Positions 29,874 to 39,095 of a stretch of 64,000 nt of DNA are shown here, in pieces. The notes under the pieces are model-generated. The model had not been told where the DNA came from, made no database searches, and saw only the letters and a program-made list of their open reading frames with translations. Where the stretch lies: assembly GCA_965279375.1 (NCBI GenBank), contig OZ257156.1, positions 4,928,001 through 4,992,000 on the forward strand, written 5' to 3'. The position numbers and the translations under genes are program-made. Source of the stretch: Gemmatimonas sp. Lineage in GTDB: Bacteria; Gemmatimonadota; Gemmatimonadetes; Gemmatimonadales; Gemmatimonadaceae. Within the stretch, counting starts at the first letter, position 1, and each line of letters begins with the position of its first letter.

Positions 29874-30185
29874 TCAGTACTGGCAGTCGGTGGAGAAGGC
29901 GTCCTTGGCGAATCCGGCCGATTCCGCGTCCTTCTGCGACGCGAAGCCGACCTGCTCGGCGGGCTTGATCAGCTTCACCGTGTGGCAGGTGGCTGGGTAG
30001 TACTTCTTCGTGCGACGCGACCCCACGAACGGGGAGTTGGCCACGTCGATCGCGTTGGCGATGGCTGCCGCGTCCGATGACTTGGCGGCCGTGCTGCCCG
30101 ACTTGGCGGCGGAGGCGCCACCCGAGGCGCACGCTGCGAGCACGAGCGAGGCCGACGCCGCGAAAAGGAATCGAAGGGTACGCAT
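29874..30185 (-). CDS. Small lipoprotein with Ada-metal-binding-like domain
   Basis: Lipobox LAAC; FVGSRRTKKYYPATC..VKLIKPAEQVGFASQKDAESAGF. Confidence 0.75.
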   Translation of the reverse strand: MRTLRFLFAASASLVLAACASGGASAAKSGSTAAKSSDAAAIANAIDVANSPFVGSRRTKKYYPATCHTVKLIKPAEQVGFASQKDAESAGFAKDAFSTDCQY

Positions 30186-30388
30186 GTCCGGTCGGGCAAG
30201 AAGTGGGATGAGCCGCAACACAGTCAGATCGTTGAACGCTGTTATATATATGACGCCGACGTCGTGTTTTGCAACTCGATTTGCGACTCGGTTTGTCACG
30301 CTTTGTGCGACGCGTCAGGCAACTCCGCCGGTCGCAGCGGTCGATCGCTAGGGCGTTGTTGCAGACGCCGCCGTATCTTCGCCTCGCC

Positions 30389-31147
30389 ATGCCCGCCAAA
30401 CGCGCTACCGCGCCCCGTCCACGCCCAGCAGCGGCGCTCGTCGCTCCGGCGGCACCTTCCGCGCCGCCAGCCGATGCCGAGCCCACCGACGCCTTCCGTC
30501 GGCGGCCGCGGCAGTCGCGCGGCCAGAAGCGCGTGGAGCTGTTGCTCGACGCGGCTGCTGCGGTGATCGCCGAGTCCGGCTTGGAAGCAGCCACCGCCGA
30601 AGCGATCGCACTACGCGCGCGAACGGCGAAAGGCTCGCTGTATCAATTCTTCCCTAATCGGGACGCCGTGCTGGCGGCGCTCGCGCTGCGCTATTCCGAC
30701 GAGATGCGGCACATCCACGAGAAGGCGTTCCCCATCGACCCGCGCGGACTCTCGCTCGAACGGCTGATCGATCGGATTGTCAAACCGCTCGCGGAATTCC
30801 ACGATCGCAATCCGGCGTTTCGCCGAGTCTTCGCCACCATCGACGGGCCGCTCGATGTGACACGCGCGGCGCCGGTGCGCTTGCGGGCGCAGCTGTTCGA
30901 CTCGTTCGTCGATCGGCTCGATGTGCTCTTTGCGTCGCGCAACCCCAAGCTGCCGGCGCGCGATCGGCGCCGTGCGGCGATGGTGTGCGCGTCGATCGGG
31001 CAGGCCATGCTCGCGCGGCGCAGCCGGTCGGCGGCGGTCGAGAAGAAGCCGCTGCTCGACGACCTGCGCCGCATCCTCGTCGCGTATCTGGAGCCGCTGC
31101 TGACCGCACCATCCGCGCGCGCCCGCAAGCCATCGACGCCTCGCTAG
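30389..31147 (+). CDS. TetR/AcrR family transcriptional regulator
   Basis: RQSRGQKRVELLLDAAA...TAEAIALRARTAKGSLYQFFPNRDA HTH. Confidence 0.93.
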   Translation: MPAKRATAPRPRPAAALVAPAAPSAPPADAEPTDAFRRRPRQSRGQKRVELLLDAAAAVIAESGLEAATAEAIALRARTAKGSLYQFFPNRDAVLAALALRYSDEMRHIHEKAFPIDPRGLSLERLIDRIVKPLAEFHDRNPAFRRVFATIDGPLDVTRAAPVRLRAQLFDSFVDRLDVLFASRNPKLPARDRRRAAMVCASIGQAMLARRSRSAAVEKKPLLDDLRRILVAYLEPLLTAPSARARKPSTPR

Positions 31148-31155
31148 TTTTCGAC

Positions 31156-32082
31156 ATGCCTTCGACTACCGTCACCATCGGAATCATTCAGGATTCGGCC
31201 AGCGCCGACCTCGCCGACAACCTGCAGCGCGCGATCGCGCAGGTGCGCACGGCCGCGTCTCGCGGCGCGCAGATCATCTGCCTGAAGGAACTCTTCAACG
31301 CGCCGTACTTCTGCAAGACGTTGCGCGCCGATCGTTTTGATATCGCCGAGCCGCTCGATGGCCCGTGCGTGACGGCGATGCAGGCGGTCGCAAAGGAATT
31401 GCAGGTGGTGATCGTCGTGCCGTTCTACGAGAAGCAGGCACCGGGACTCTATCGCAATTCGGCCACCGTCATCGATGCCGACGGCGCGGTGCTGGGCACG
31501 TATCGCAAGATGCACATCCCGCACGATCCGCTCTTCGAGGAGAAGTACTACTTCGCTCCCGGAGACGTCGGCCCCGATCTGCGCAACGATCAGCATCCCG
31601 GCATCAACGGCTTCCGCGTATGGCGCACCAAGTACGCCGACATTGGCGTGCTCATTTGCTGGGATCAGTGGTATCCTGAAGGCGCGCGCATCACGTCGTT
31701 GCTGGGCGCGCAGATCCTCTTCTATCCCACGGCGATCGGCTGGCATCCGGGTGAGAAGGCGACGTTCGGCGACGCGCAGGTCGATGCGTGGCGTACCGCG
31801 CAGCGTGCGCATGCGATCGCCAATGGTGTGTTCGTTGCCGCTCCCAATCGCGTCGGCTTTGAAGCGGAAGCAGGCACCGACGGCATCGAGTTCTTCGGGC
31901 AGAGCTTCATCTGCGATCCGTTCGGCCGCTATCTCGCGCAGGCGGGCACCGAGCCCGAGATCCTCATCGCGCAGTGCGACCTGCCGCTGATCGAGGAGAC
32001 GCGTCGTAACTGGCCGTTTCTGCGCGATCGTCGCGTGGATGCCTACGGACCCATCACGCAGCGCTGGCTGCGGGGATCGTAG
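31156..32082 (+). CDS. aguB: N-carbamoylputrescine amidohydrolase (carbon-nitrogen hydrolase)
   Basis: Triad motifs CLKELF, YRKMHIP, ICWDQWYPE; YPTAIGW; adjacent to agmatine deiminase. Confidence 0.85.
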   Translation: MPSTTVTIGIIQDSASADLADNLQRAIAQVRTAASRGAQIICLKELFNAPYFCKTLRADRFDIAEPLDGPCVTAMQAVAKELQVVIVVPFYEKQAPGLYRNSATVIDADGAVLGTYRKMHIPHDPLFEEKYYFAPGDVGPDLRNDQHPGINGFRVWRTKYADIGVLICWDQWYPEGARITSLLGAQILFYPTAIGWHPGEKATFGDAQVDAWRTAQRAHAIANGVFVAAPNRVGFEAEAGTDGIEFFGQSFICDPFGRYLAQAGTEPEILIAQCDLPLIEETRRNWPFLRDRRVDAYGPITQRWLRGS

Positions 32083-32084
32083 CC

Positions 32085-33161
32085 GTGGCACGTGACACCG
32101 TGCCGCAGGTGCGCATGCCCGCCGAGTGGGAGCGCCATGACGCCACCTGGATCGGCTGGCCGACGCACGAGCCGGATTGGCCGGGCAAGTTCGGACCGAT
32201 TCCGTGGGTGTACGCGGAGATCGTGCGCGCGCTCGCGCCGTTCGAGCGCGTGGAGATTCTCTGCCACGACGAACAAGTGCGTACGGACGCGCAGCATGCG
32301 CTCGCCATGCATGATGTCGATCCGTCGCGCTTCCGGCTGCAACTGCAACCCACCGATCGCGTGTGGCTGCGTGACTCCGGTCCGACGGGCGTGCATCTCG
32401 CCGACGGGTCGGTATCGCTCGTGCACTGGGACTTCGACGCATGGAGCAAGTACGACAACTACTCGCTGGACGTGCGCGTGCCCGAGGCCGTCGCGCGCGT
32501 CACGGGGCTGCCTCGCGTCGAAGCATTGCGCCCGGACACCGGTGCGCGATTGGTCCTCGAAGGCGGGGGGATCGAAACCGATGGGCAGGGTACGATGTTG
32601 GTGACCGAAGAGTGGTTGCTCTCCGACGTGCAGGTTCGCAATCCCGGACTCGACCGTGCTGGCTATGAGCGTGCCTTTGCGCAGTATCTGGGGATCACGC
32701 ACACTGTCTGGCTGGGCGAAGGGTGTGTCGGCGACGACACGCACGGTCACGTCGATGACATCGCACGCTTCGTTGCACCCGGTGTCGTGGTGCTCGCCCA
32801 TGAGGAAGATCCCGCTGACGAAAATCACCGCCGTTCGCTCGACAATCTGCATCGTCTCCAGCGCGCGACCGATGCGCGCGGCGAGGCGCTGCGCGTGGTG
32901 ACGCTGCCGTATCCGCGCGCCGTCATCATGGAGGGCACCCGTCTGCCGGCGAGTTACGCGAATTTTTACATCGCCAACGGCGTCTGCATCGTACCCACCT
33001 TCAACGATGCGAACGATCGCGTGGCGCTCAATACGCTCGCAACGCTGTTGCCGGAGCATCGCATCGTCGGCATTCATGCCGTCGATCTGGTGTGGGGACT
33101 GGGCACGCTGCATTGTCTGACCCAGCAACAGCCTGCCGCCCGCGTGGACGTCGGAGGATGA
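32085..33161 (+). CDS. aguA: Agmatine deiminase family
   Basis: MPAEWE, WLRDSGP, LEGGGI, DDTHGHVDDIARF, ASYANF, GTLHCLTQQ. Confidence 0.92.
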   Translation: MARDTVPQVRMPAEWERHDATWIGWPTHEPDWPGKFGPIPWVYAEIVRALAPFERVEILCHDEQVRTDAQHALAMHDVDPSRFRLQLQPTDRVWLRDSGPTGVHLADGSVSLVHWDFDAWSKYDNYSLDVRVPEAVARVTGLPRVEALRPDTGARLVLEGGGIETDGQGTMLVTEEWLLSDVQVRNPGLDRAGYERAFAQYLGITHTVWLGEGCVGDDTHGHVDDIARFVAPGVVVLAHEEDPADENHRRSLDNLHRLQRATDARGEALRVVTLPYPRAVIMEGTRLPASYANFYIANGVCIVPTFNDANDRVALNTLATLLPEHRIVGIHAVDLVWGLGTLHCLTQQQPAARVDVGG

Positions 33162-33163
33162 GC

Positions 33164-33778
33164 ATGACGCCAGCTGAAAACGAAGTGCCACAGCAGCAGG
33201 CGCCACAGCATGATGCGCCGCAGCGTGCGCCCGAGCCGGAGTTGCCGGCGTGGGCCAAGCGCCGCGCGTCCAACGGTCAGATCCCGGATGGCGTGCTGGC
33301 GGTCTTTATCGGCCGGAAGTGGGAGAACACCTACCGACGGAAGTTCGCGCCGTTTCTCGAAGACCCCGCATTCGTGCCCACCTGGAACTGGAGCGCGGCG
33401 CTGACCCCGTTCTGGTTCCTGTATCGCAAACTGTATCTCACGTTCGCGATCTTTTTCATTGTGCCGGGGTTTGCCTTCCGATGGCTGACGGGCTCCGACA
33501 CGATCCTGACCATGCAGAACATCCAGCTGCCGGAGAACCAGCCGCTGGTACTGATGAACTTTGCGGTGTACCTGTCGAGCGGCATCGCGGCAGGTGGAAC
33601 CGCCAATTGGTTCCTCTTTCGCCGTGCTCAGGCGGCCACTCGTTTGGTGACGCTGCAGCAGTTGCCCGATGGCGAGGCGATGGGACTGTTGCAGCGGATC
33701 GGTGGCGTGAATCGCAGCGGGACGCTTCTGTTTCTGACGCTCTCGCTCGTGCTGGCGGTCGCGCAAGCGAGCGCATGA
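33164..33778 (+). CDS. DUF2628-like membrane protein (alternative ATG at 33158)
   Basis: WNWSAALTPFWFLYRKLY, ANWFLF, RIGGVN; GGAGG RBS. Confidence 0.75.
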   Translation: MTPAENEVPQQQAPQHDAPQRAPEPELPAWAKRRASNGQIPDGVLAVFIGRKWENTYRRKFAPFLEDPAFVPTWNWSAALTPFWFLYRKLYLTFAIFFIVPGFAFRWLTGSDTILTMQNIQLPENQPLVLMNFAVYLSSGIAAGGTANWFLFRRAQAATRLVTLQQLPDGEAMGLLQRIGGVNRSGTLLFLTLSLVLAVAQASA

Positions 33779-33901
33779 CGGAGCGGGATGACGCGCCGGC
33801 GGGTCGCCGCCGGGACATCGCGGTACGCGTCGGCCGGTTGGCCGGCGCGACGGTGTCGAGGCTTCTGGTGACGCGTCGTCCCTCCCCGATGTTGTTCATC
33901 G

Positions 33902-34438
33902 ATGACTGACGCGGAGTTGGTCGCCCGGACGCGTGGCGGAGACGCCAACGCGTTCGGGGAACTGGTGTCACGGTACTACGAGCCGTGCCGTCGTTTTGCG
34001 TACCACATGCTGGGGGATCGATCGGATGCGGAGGATGTCGTGCAGGACACGCTCATGCGGGCGTATCGCGCCATCGACCGCTACGACGAGCGCGATCAAT
34101 TCCGCGGTTGGCTGTTCCGCATTCTGACGAATCAGTGCCGCAATGCCCTTACTTCGCGTGGTCGGCGTACCCGACGGTTTGTACAGGATGACGTCGCCCT
34201 CGAGCAGGCGCATGCGCCCACCTCAGGGCTGCAACTCGGCACCGAGCATGCCGCCCTCGCGCGCGCCATGGCGCAGCTCGACCCGCTCCAGCGCGAAGCA
34301 CTGCTCCTCAAGTATGCCGAAGGGCTCGAGTACACCGAGATGTCGGCGATAACCGGCGTGGGAGAATCGGCGCTCAAGATGCGCGTCAAGCGCGGCAGCG
34401 AGCGGTTGCGCGGATTGCTGGGGTCACGCGATGAGTGA
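33902..34438 (+). CDS. ECF RNA polymerase sigma-70 factor
   Basis: DAEDVVQDTL, FRGWLFRILTNQC (sigma2); REALLLKYAEGLEYTEMS...KMRVKRG (sigma4). Confidence 0.93.
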   Translation: MTDAELVARTRGGDANAFGELVSRYYEPCRRFAYHMLGDRSDAEDVVQDTLMRAYRAIDRYDERDQFRGWLFRILTNQCRNALTSRGRRTRRFVQDDVALEQAHAPTSGLQLGTEHAALARAMAQLDPLQREALLLKYAEGLEYTEMSAITGVGESALKMRVKRGSERLRGLLGSRDE

Positions 34439-35123
34439 CGACGGCATGCTGCGCTTTCCTGCCCCGGATGACGCGCCCGAAGACGCGGCGACGGTTGCTG
34501 CCAACGCGGCGCTCGCTGCGCGCGTCGCGGCCATGTACGCGGCCACGCCGGTGGCCGATGCGGGCGCGGCCGATTGCTGCGCTCGCGCCATTCTCACCGA
34601 GCAGATGCACGCGACCGCGCTGGGCGTCGGCGACAGCGTGCGCCCGCGCTGGTGGTGGGGAGCGGCCGCTGCTCTCGTGGTCACCGCCGCGCTGGCCAAC
34701 TGGCAGTCGCGTCGCAGCAGTTCTGGCACCAGCGCGTCGCCGTCAGTCGCACAGGCCGCGCCCGCACTTTCGGCTCCAATGGAGACAATGCCGGAGTCGC
34801 TGCCGATGACGGGCATGCCCTTTGGGCGGGTGACGCCGGTTGCTGGGGGCGATGCGATCCGTTTCGACCTCAGACTCCCCTCCTCCGCCAAAGCCGTTGC
34901 CATTGTGGGCGACTTCAACGGGTGGGATGCCGGCGCCACCCCCATGCGCCCACGAAACGGCCAGAATTCGTGGTCCGCTCAGGTGGAGCTCAAGCCGGGG
35001 CGCCACGTCTACGCGTTCGTGATCGATGGTACGCGCTGGCTGGTGGACCCGCTCGCGCCACAGGTCTCCGACGCCGGCTTCGGCCCCTCCAACGCTGTGT
35101 TGGTCGAGGGAGGGCCGCAGTGA
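34431..35123 (+). CDS. Putative anti-sigma factor: single TM plus C-terminal CBM48/AMPK-beta glycogen-binding domain
   Basis: 8-bp overlap with the sigma gene; TM WWWGAAAALVVTAAL; AKAVAIVGDFNGWD...LKPGRHVYAFVIDG.RWLVDP. Confidence 0.85.
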   Translation: MSDDGMLRFPAPDDAPEDAATVAANAALAARVAAMYAATPVADAGAADCCARAILTEQMHATALGVGDSVRPRWWWGAAAALVVTAALANWQSRRSSSGTSASPSVAQAAPALSAPMETMPESLPMTGMPFGRVTPVAGGDAIRFDLRLPSSAKAVAIVGDFNGWDAGATPMRPRNGQNSWSAQVELKPGRHVYAFVIDGTRWLVDPLAPQVSDAGFGPSNAVLVEGGPQ

Positions 35124-35812
35124 GCCTGGGCTTCGTTGGGCTCCTGCTCGTCGCAACGCAAGTTGCCGCTGCCCCGCTGGCGCCCAGTGCGCTCGCGCAG
35201 ACGCCGCCGGCTCGTGTGCCACAGCAGCTGACGTTCGACGCCGCGCGCTTCGACAGCCTCACCGCCCTCGCGCTGCGCTCGATCCTCGACAGTGCTTCTC
35301 AGCGTGGCCTGCCGACGGCTCCACTCATCGGCCGTGCGCTGCAGGGCGCCGCGCTGAAGGTCGGTGGCCCGCGCATTCTGCTGGCCGTCCGAGAGTACGC
35401 CGTCGCGCTCGAGGTCGCCCGCGAAGTGCTGGGGCCGGAGTCGACGGTCTCCGAGCTCGATGCCGGCGCCGCCGCGCTCAAGTCGGGGATCGACGAGAAG
35501 GCGCTTTCGGCGATCCGTTCGACGCGCCCAGCGGGCACAGCCGTGATGCCGCTGATGGTGCTCACCGACATCGTCAAACGCGGCGTTCCGCAGGCGTCCG
35601 CGCGAGATGCGGTGACGTCGATCGCCCGCCTGCCCCGCTCGGACGAAACGCTGATGGGGCTGCAGGTCACGGTCGCAAAGAATCAGTTGAGAGGGCCGGG
35701 TATGGCCGTAGACGCGATGCAGCGCTATCTTCGCGGCACGGTCCCCGGTAGTGGTCCGCCGTCCGCGCCCGCGACGGTAGATCGTAAACCGATCCGTCCT
35801 CCTGATCCGTGA
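35120..35812 (+). CDS. Hypothetical exported alpha-helical protein
   Basis: GTGA overlap, GGAGG RBS, signal-peptide-like N-terminus, repeated RGLP/RGVP helical units. Confidence 0.75.
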   Translation: MSLGFVGLLLVATQVAAAPLAPSALAQTPPARVPQQLTFDAARFDSLTALALRSILDSASQRGLPTAPLIGRALQGAALKVGGPRILLAVREYAVALEVAREVLGPESTVSELDAGAAALKSGIDEKALSAIRSTRPAGTAVMPLMVLTDIVKRGVPQASARDAVTSIARLPRSDETLMGLQVTVAKNQLRGPGMAVDAMQRYLRGTVPGSGPPSAPATVDRKPIRPPDP

Positions 35813-37233
35813 CGCCCGCCCCCCGCTTCCTTCGCGCGTCGCGCCGCCGCTCTCTGCTGAGCCGCGGACCGGCTGTGCCGTGCGCGCTGGTCACGATGGT
35901 GCTGGTGGCGAGCCCGCTCTCCGCCCAGCGACGCGGTGATGCGCCGGTGGCTCCGTCGTCGGCACTCGGCCCGGCCACGGAATCGCCCACGCTCGCCGTC
36001 ATGGGACTCGCGTCGCTTCCTGATGGCAGCGGCAACGCCCTCGCGCAGCGCAACGCACTCTGGATGGGCGCCACGCAACCGATCGGCCGACTGGGGCGCG
36101 TGCGCTTCTCGTCGATCGCGACGGGCAACTATCTGGCCAAGGAAGCGGTCGGTACCGGATCCTCAGTCGAGGGACTTGTCTCGTTGCGCGCGCGATCCCG
36201 CGTTGGCGAGGGACAGATCTGGAGCGCCGTCAGCTACGGCCGCGCCTCGGTCAACGGCGACATGGCATCGCGTCTGCTCGGCAACTCCGTCGGCATGCTC
36301 CCCGGTGGGTTCGATGGCGCGCGCGCGGACACAACGATTTCGCGCCGCGTCGATGTTGGCACGATCGGACGCGCCGAAGCCGGCATGATTCACAACGTCT
36401 CGGGCGTCGAGCTTTCGTTTGGATTCTCGGTCGAGCGCGCCACGCGCGTGACCACGCAGACGTTGCGCATCGACCAGTCCTCCAACGGACTGCCGCCGCT
36501 ACCCACCGCCGATCAGGTCAGCACCGTTCGCACGCTCCGGGCATTGCAACGGCGCGATATCGCCACCGGTGTGGCCTCTGCGGGCTTCAACACCGGCCCG
36601 ACGACGTGGCTGGTGTCCGTCACGGCGCCCGTTGCCACCTGGATCACGAGCGACGCCCTCTCGCCGCGTCCGCGCACGGCGCCCACCGTCGCATCGCTCG
36701 CGATCGCGCAACCGATCACGGCGTGGCTCAGCCTAGTCGGCGCTGCCAGCACCAACTCGGCGTCCGTCGGGAGCACAGCACTGCGCGACGACGTTGGACC
36801 CGGACGTGGCAAGAACTTCGCACCGGTGGTCGCGCTCGGTGTGCGTATTGCGCGGCTGCCGTTCCGCGGCGGCGATGACACGCCGCGCGGCATTCTCTCC
36901 TTCGAGACGCGCACGATCGGCTCGGTGGACTCGGCGGCGATCGATCTCGCGGAACCGGCGGCCGACGCCGACACGCTGCGCGTCGTGCTGCTGATCGACG
37001 CGCCGAAGGCCGAGTCGGTGGAGATCATGGGTGACGCCACGCAGTGGGTGGTCACGCAGATGACGCGCAATCGCAACGGCCGTTGGCGCGCGGAGCTCAA
37101 GCTCGCCCCGGGCATGCATCGCGTCACCGTACGTGCCGACGGCGGTCGCTGGATTGCACCGCCCGGCCTGCCGATCGGCAGCGACGACTACGGCAGCGCC
37201 GTGGGCGTCATTGTGGTGAAGGGGAAGCAGTAG
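35809..37233 (+). CDS. Exported beta-rich protein with C-terminal CBM48/glycogen-binding domain
   Basis: GTGA overlap, signal peptide, amphipathic beta pattern; APKAESVEIMGDATQW...LAPGMHRV...DGGRWIAPPG. Confidence 0.8.
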   Translation: MTPAPRFLRASRRRSLLSRGPAVPCALVTMVLVASPLSAQRRGDAPVAPSSALGPATESPTLAVMGLASLPDGSGNALAQRNALWMGATQPIGRLGRVRFSSIATGNYLAKEAVGTGSSVEGLVSLRARSRVGEGQIWSAVSYGRASVNGDMASRLLGNSVGMLPGGFDGARADTTISRRVDVGTIGRAEAGMIHNVSGVELSFGFSVERATRVTTQTLRIDQSSNGLPPLPTADQVSTVRTLRALQRRDIATGVASAGFNTGPTTWLVSVTAPVATWITSDALSPRPRTAPTVASLAIAQPITAWLSLVGAASTNSASVGSTALRDDVGPGRGKNFAPVVALGVRIARLPFRGGDDTPRGILSFETRTIGSVDSAAIDLAEPAADADTLRVVLLIDAPKAESVEIMGDATQWVVTQMTRNRNGRWRAELKLAPGMHRVTVRADGGRWIAPPGLPIGSDDYGSAVGVIVVKGKQ

Positions 37234-37251
37234 TCCGCTTCCGCCGCGGCG

Positions 37252-38031
37252 TCAGAACGTCAGCGAACGCAGCGCCTGTGTACCACTTCGACTGGCAGTC
37301 ACGCGTGTGCCATCCCGCATCTCCACGCTGAGTCGGCCCGCGTCGAACGGGGCCAGCGCTGCCACGTAGTCCAGATTCACTGCGTGCGAGCGGTGAATGC
37401 GAACGAAGCGCCGACCGTCAAGCCGCTCCAGCAGCGACGCCAGTGTGATCGTGAGCAGATGTCGACGTCCGCGCGTGATGATGGCGACGTAGTCATCCTC
37501 CGCCTCCAGCCGCTCGATGTCGGCGACCGCCACCGGGACGATGCGTCCCCGCTCCCGCACGAAGACGCGCGACAAGGTGCCCTGCACCGCGCGCAAGCGG
37601 TCCACCACGGGGCCGTTCTCGTCGGTCGCAAGCGCCCGTTCCGCTCGGCTCACCGCCGTAGCGAATCGCTCCGGGCCAAAGGGCTTGAGCAGGTAGTCCA
37701 CAGCCCCGAGTTCGAACGCCTGCACCGCGTAGCTGTCGAACGCCGTGGTGAAGATGATTGCGGGCCTATGGACGATCCGTTCGAGCACGGCGATGCCCGG
37801 CAGCTCCGGCATCTGGATGTCCAGAAAGACCAGCGACGGTCGCAACCGATCGATGAGCGTGACGGCGCTCGCACCGTCGGCCGCGTCACCGACCCAAAGC
37901 AATCCAGGCGTCGCCTCGATGAGTCCACGCAGATGCATCCGCGCCAGCGGCTCGTCTTCGCAGACGAGCACCGTGAGTGGGGTCGCGGGCGCGTCCGCCG
38001 CGAATGGCCGAGCGTCGGTGGGTGTGTTCAT
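37252..38031 (-). CDS. LytTR-family response regulator
   Basis: CEDEPLAR, FLDIQMP, FTTAFD, DYLLKPF, FVRIHRSHAVN, SRSG. Confidence 0.95.
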   Translation of the reverse strand: MNTPTDARPFAADAPATPLTVLVCEDEPLARMHLRGLIEATPGLLWVGDAADGASAVTLIDRLRPSLVFLDIQMPELPGIAVLERIVHRPAIIFTTAFDSYAVQAFELGAVDYLLKPFGPERFATAVSRAERALATDENGPVVDRLRAVQGTLSRVFVRERGRIVPVAVADIERLEAEDDYVAIITRGRRHLLTITLASLLERLDGRRFVRIHRSHAVNLDYVAALAPFDAGRLSVEMRDGTRVTASRSGTQALRSLTF

Positions 38032-39089
38032 GCGGGGATGCGCACCGAGATGGCGTAGCCTTCGCCAACGGCCGTGCGCACGTCGACGGTAGCCGCGTCT
38101 CCGTAGCGAGCGGCGAGGCGCTGGCGCAACGCGTCGAGCCCGATGCCGTGACTGCGCACGCCATCCGCACTCGACACCCCCGGGCCGTCATCACGCACTT
38201 CGAGCACAAGCGTGTTGGCCTCCAGTCGTCCGCCAACTTTCACCGTGCCTCCCGAGGCGTTCGGCGCAACGCCGTGCTTGACGGCATTCTCCACCAGCGA
38301 CTGCAGCACGAAGCTGGGGACGCGGCGCTCCAGCGCCTCGTGCGTGATCTCGCGATGCACGCGCAATCGATCACCAAAGCGCAGCGCCTCGAGCGCGAGA
38401 TAGGCCTCGGTGAAGGCCACCTCGTCGGCCAATCGCACCTCTTCGCGTCCGCCCTGCTTGGCGTCGAGTACGTAGCGCAGCAGCGCGCTGAGCCGCTCGA
38501 CCGCCTGCTCAGCGGCGGCGGGGTCGTGCCGAATGAGCACCGTGACGGAGTGCAGCGTGTTGAAGAGAAAGTGTGGATCGAGTCGGCCGCGCAGCGCCTC
38601 GAGTTCCGCGCGCGCACGAAGCGCATCGAGGCGATCGAGACGTGCCTCCTGCTCGCGTGCCCGCGCCGACGACTGGCGTGCCCAGACCACGCCGCAGAGA
38701 GCGAAGTAGATCAGTACACCTTCGAACGTCTGCCAGTGCAGCCACGGGGCGACGAGTCGGCCGACCGTCGACCAGTCCGATGCGTCCTTCCAGATGCCCA
38801 GCACGATCAGCGCGTCCCATGCGGCGGCGTAGAACAGCGCCATGCCCGCGTGCACCAGAAAAAACCGCGGCGTGGGACGCGCCGGCCAGCTCCATCGTTG
38901 CGACAGCCATTGCACAACGACGCCAAGCACCGCAGCGGTAGCCACGGTGCTGAACGCGGCGACGATCGCATCGCGTGCCGAAACACCGCTGGACGCACCG
39001 ATCAGCAGTGCATAGATGAGCACCAGCGGCGTCCATGCCGCTGCGTACCACGCGCTGCCACGCACCAGAGCCGACCAATTGCGCGTCAT
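38028..39089 (-). CDS. LytS-type sensor histidine kinase
   Basis: About 4 TM, DPHFLFNTLH, LVENAVKHG, DDGPG, GIGL. Confidence 0.93.
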   Translation of the reverse strand: MTRNWSALVRGSAWYAAAWTPLVLIYALLIGASSGVSARDAIVAAFSTVATAAVLGVVVQWLSQRWSWPARPTPRFFLVHAGMALFYAAAWDALIVLGIWKDASDWSTVGRLVAPWLHWQTFEGVLIYFALCGVVWARQSSARAREQEARLDRLDALRARAELEALRGRLDPHFLFNTLHSVTVLIRHDPAAAEQAVERLSALLRYVLDAKQGGREEVRLADEVAFTEAYLALEALRFGDRLRVHREITHEALERRVPSFVLQSLVENAVKHGVAPNASGGTVKVGGRLEANTLVLEVRDDGPGVSSADGVRSHGIGLDALRQRLAARYGDAATVDVRTAVGEGYAISVRIPA

Positions 39090-39095
39090 GCCAGC

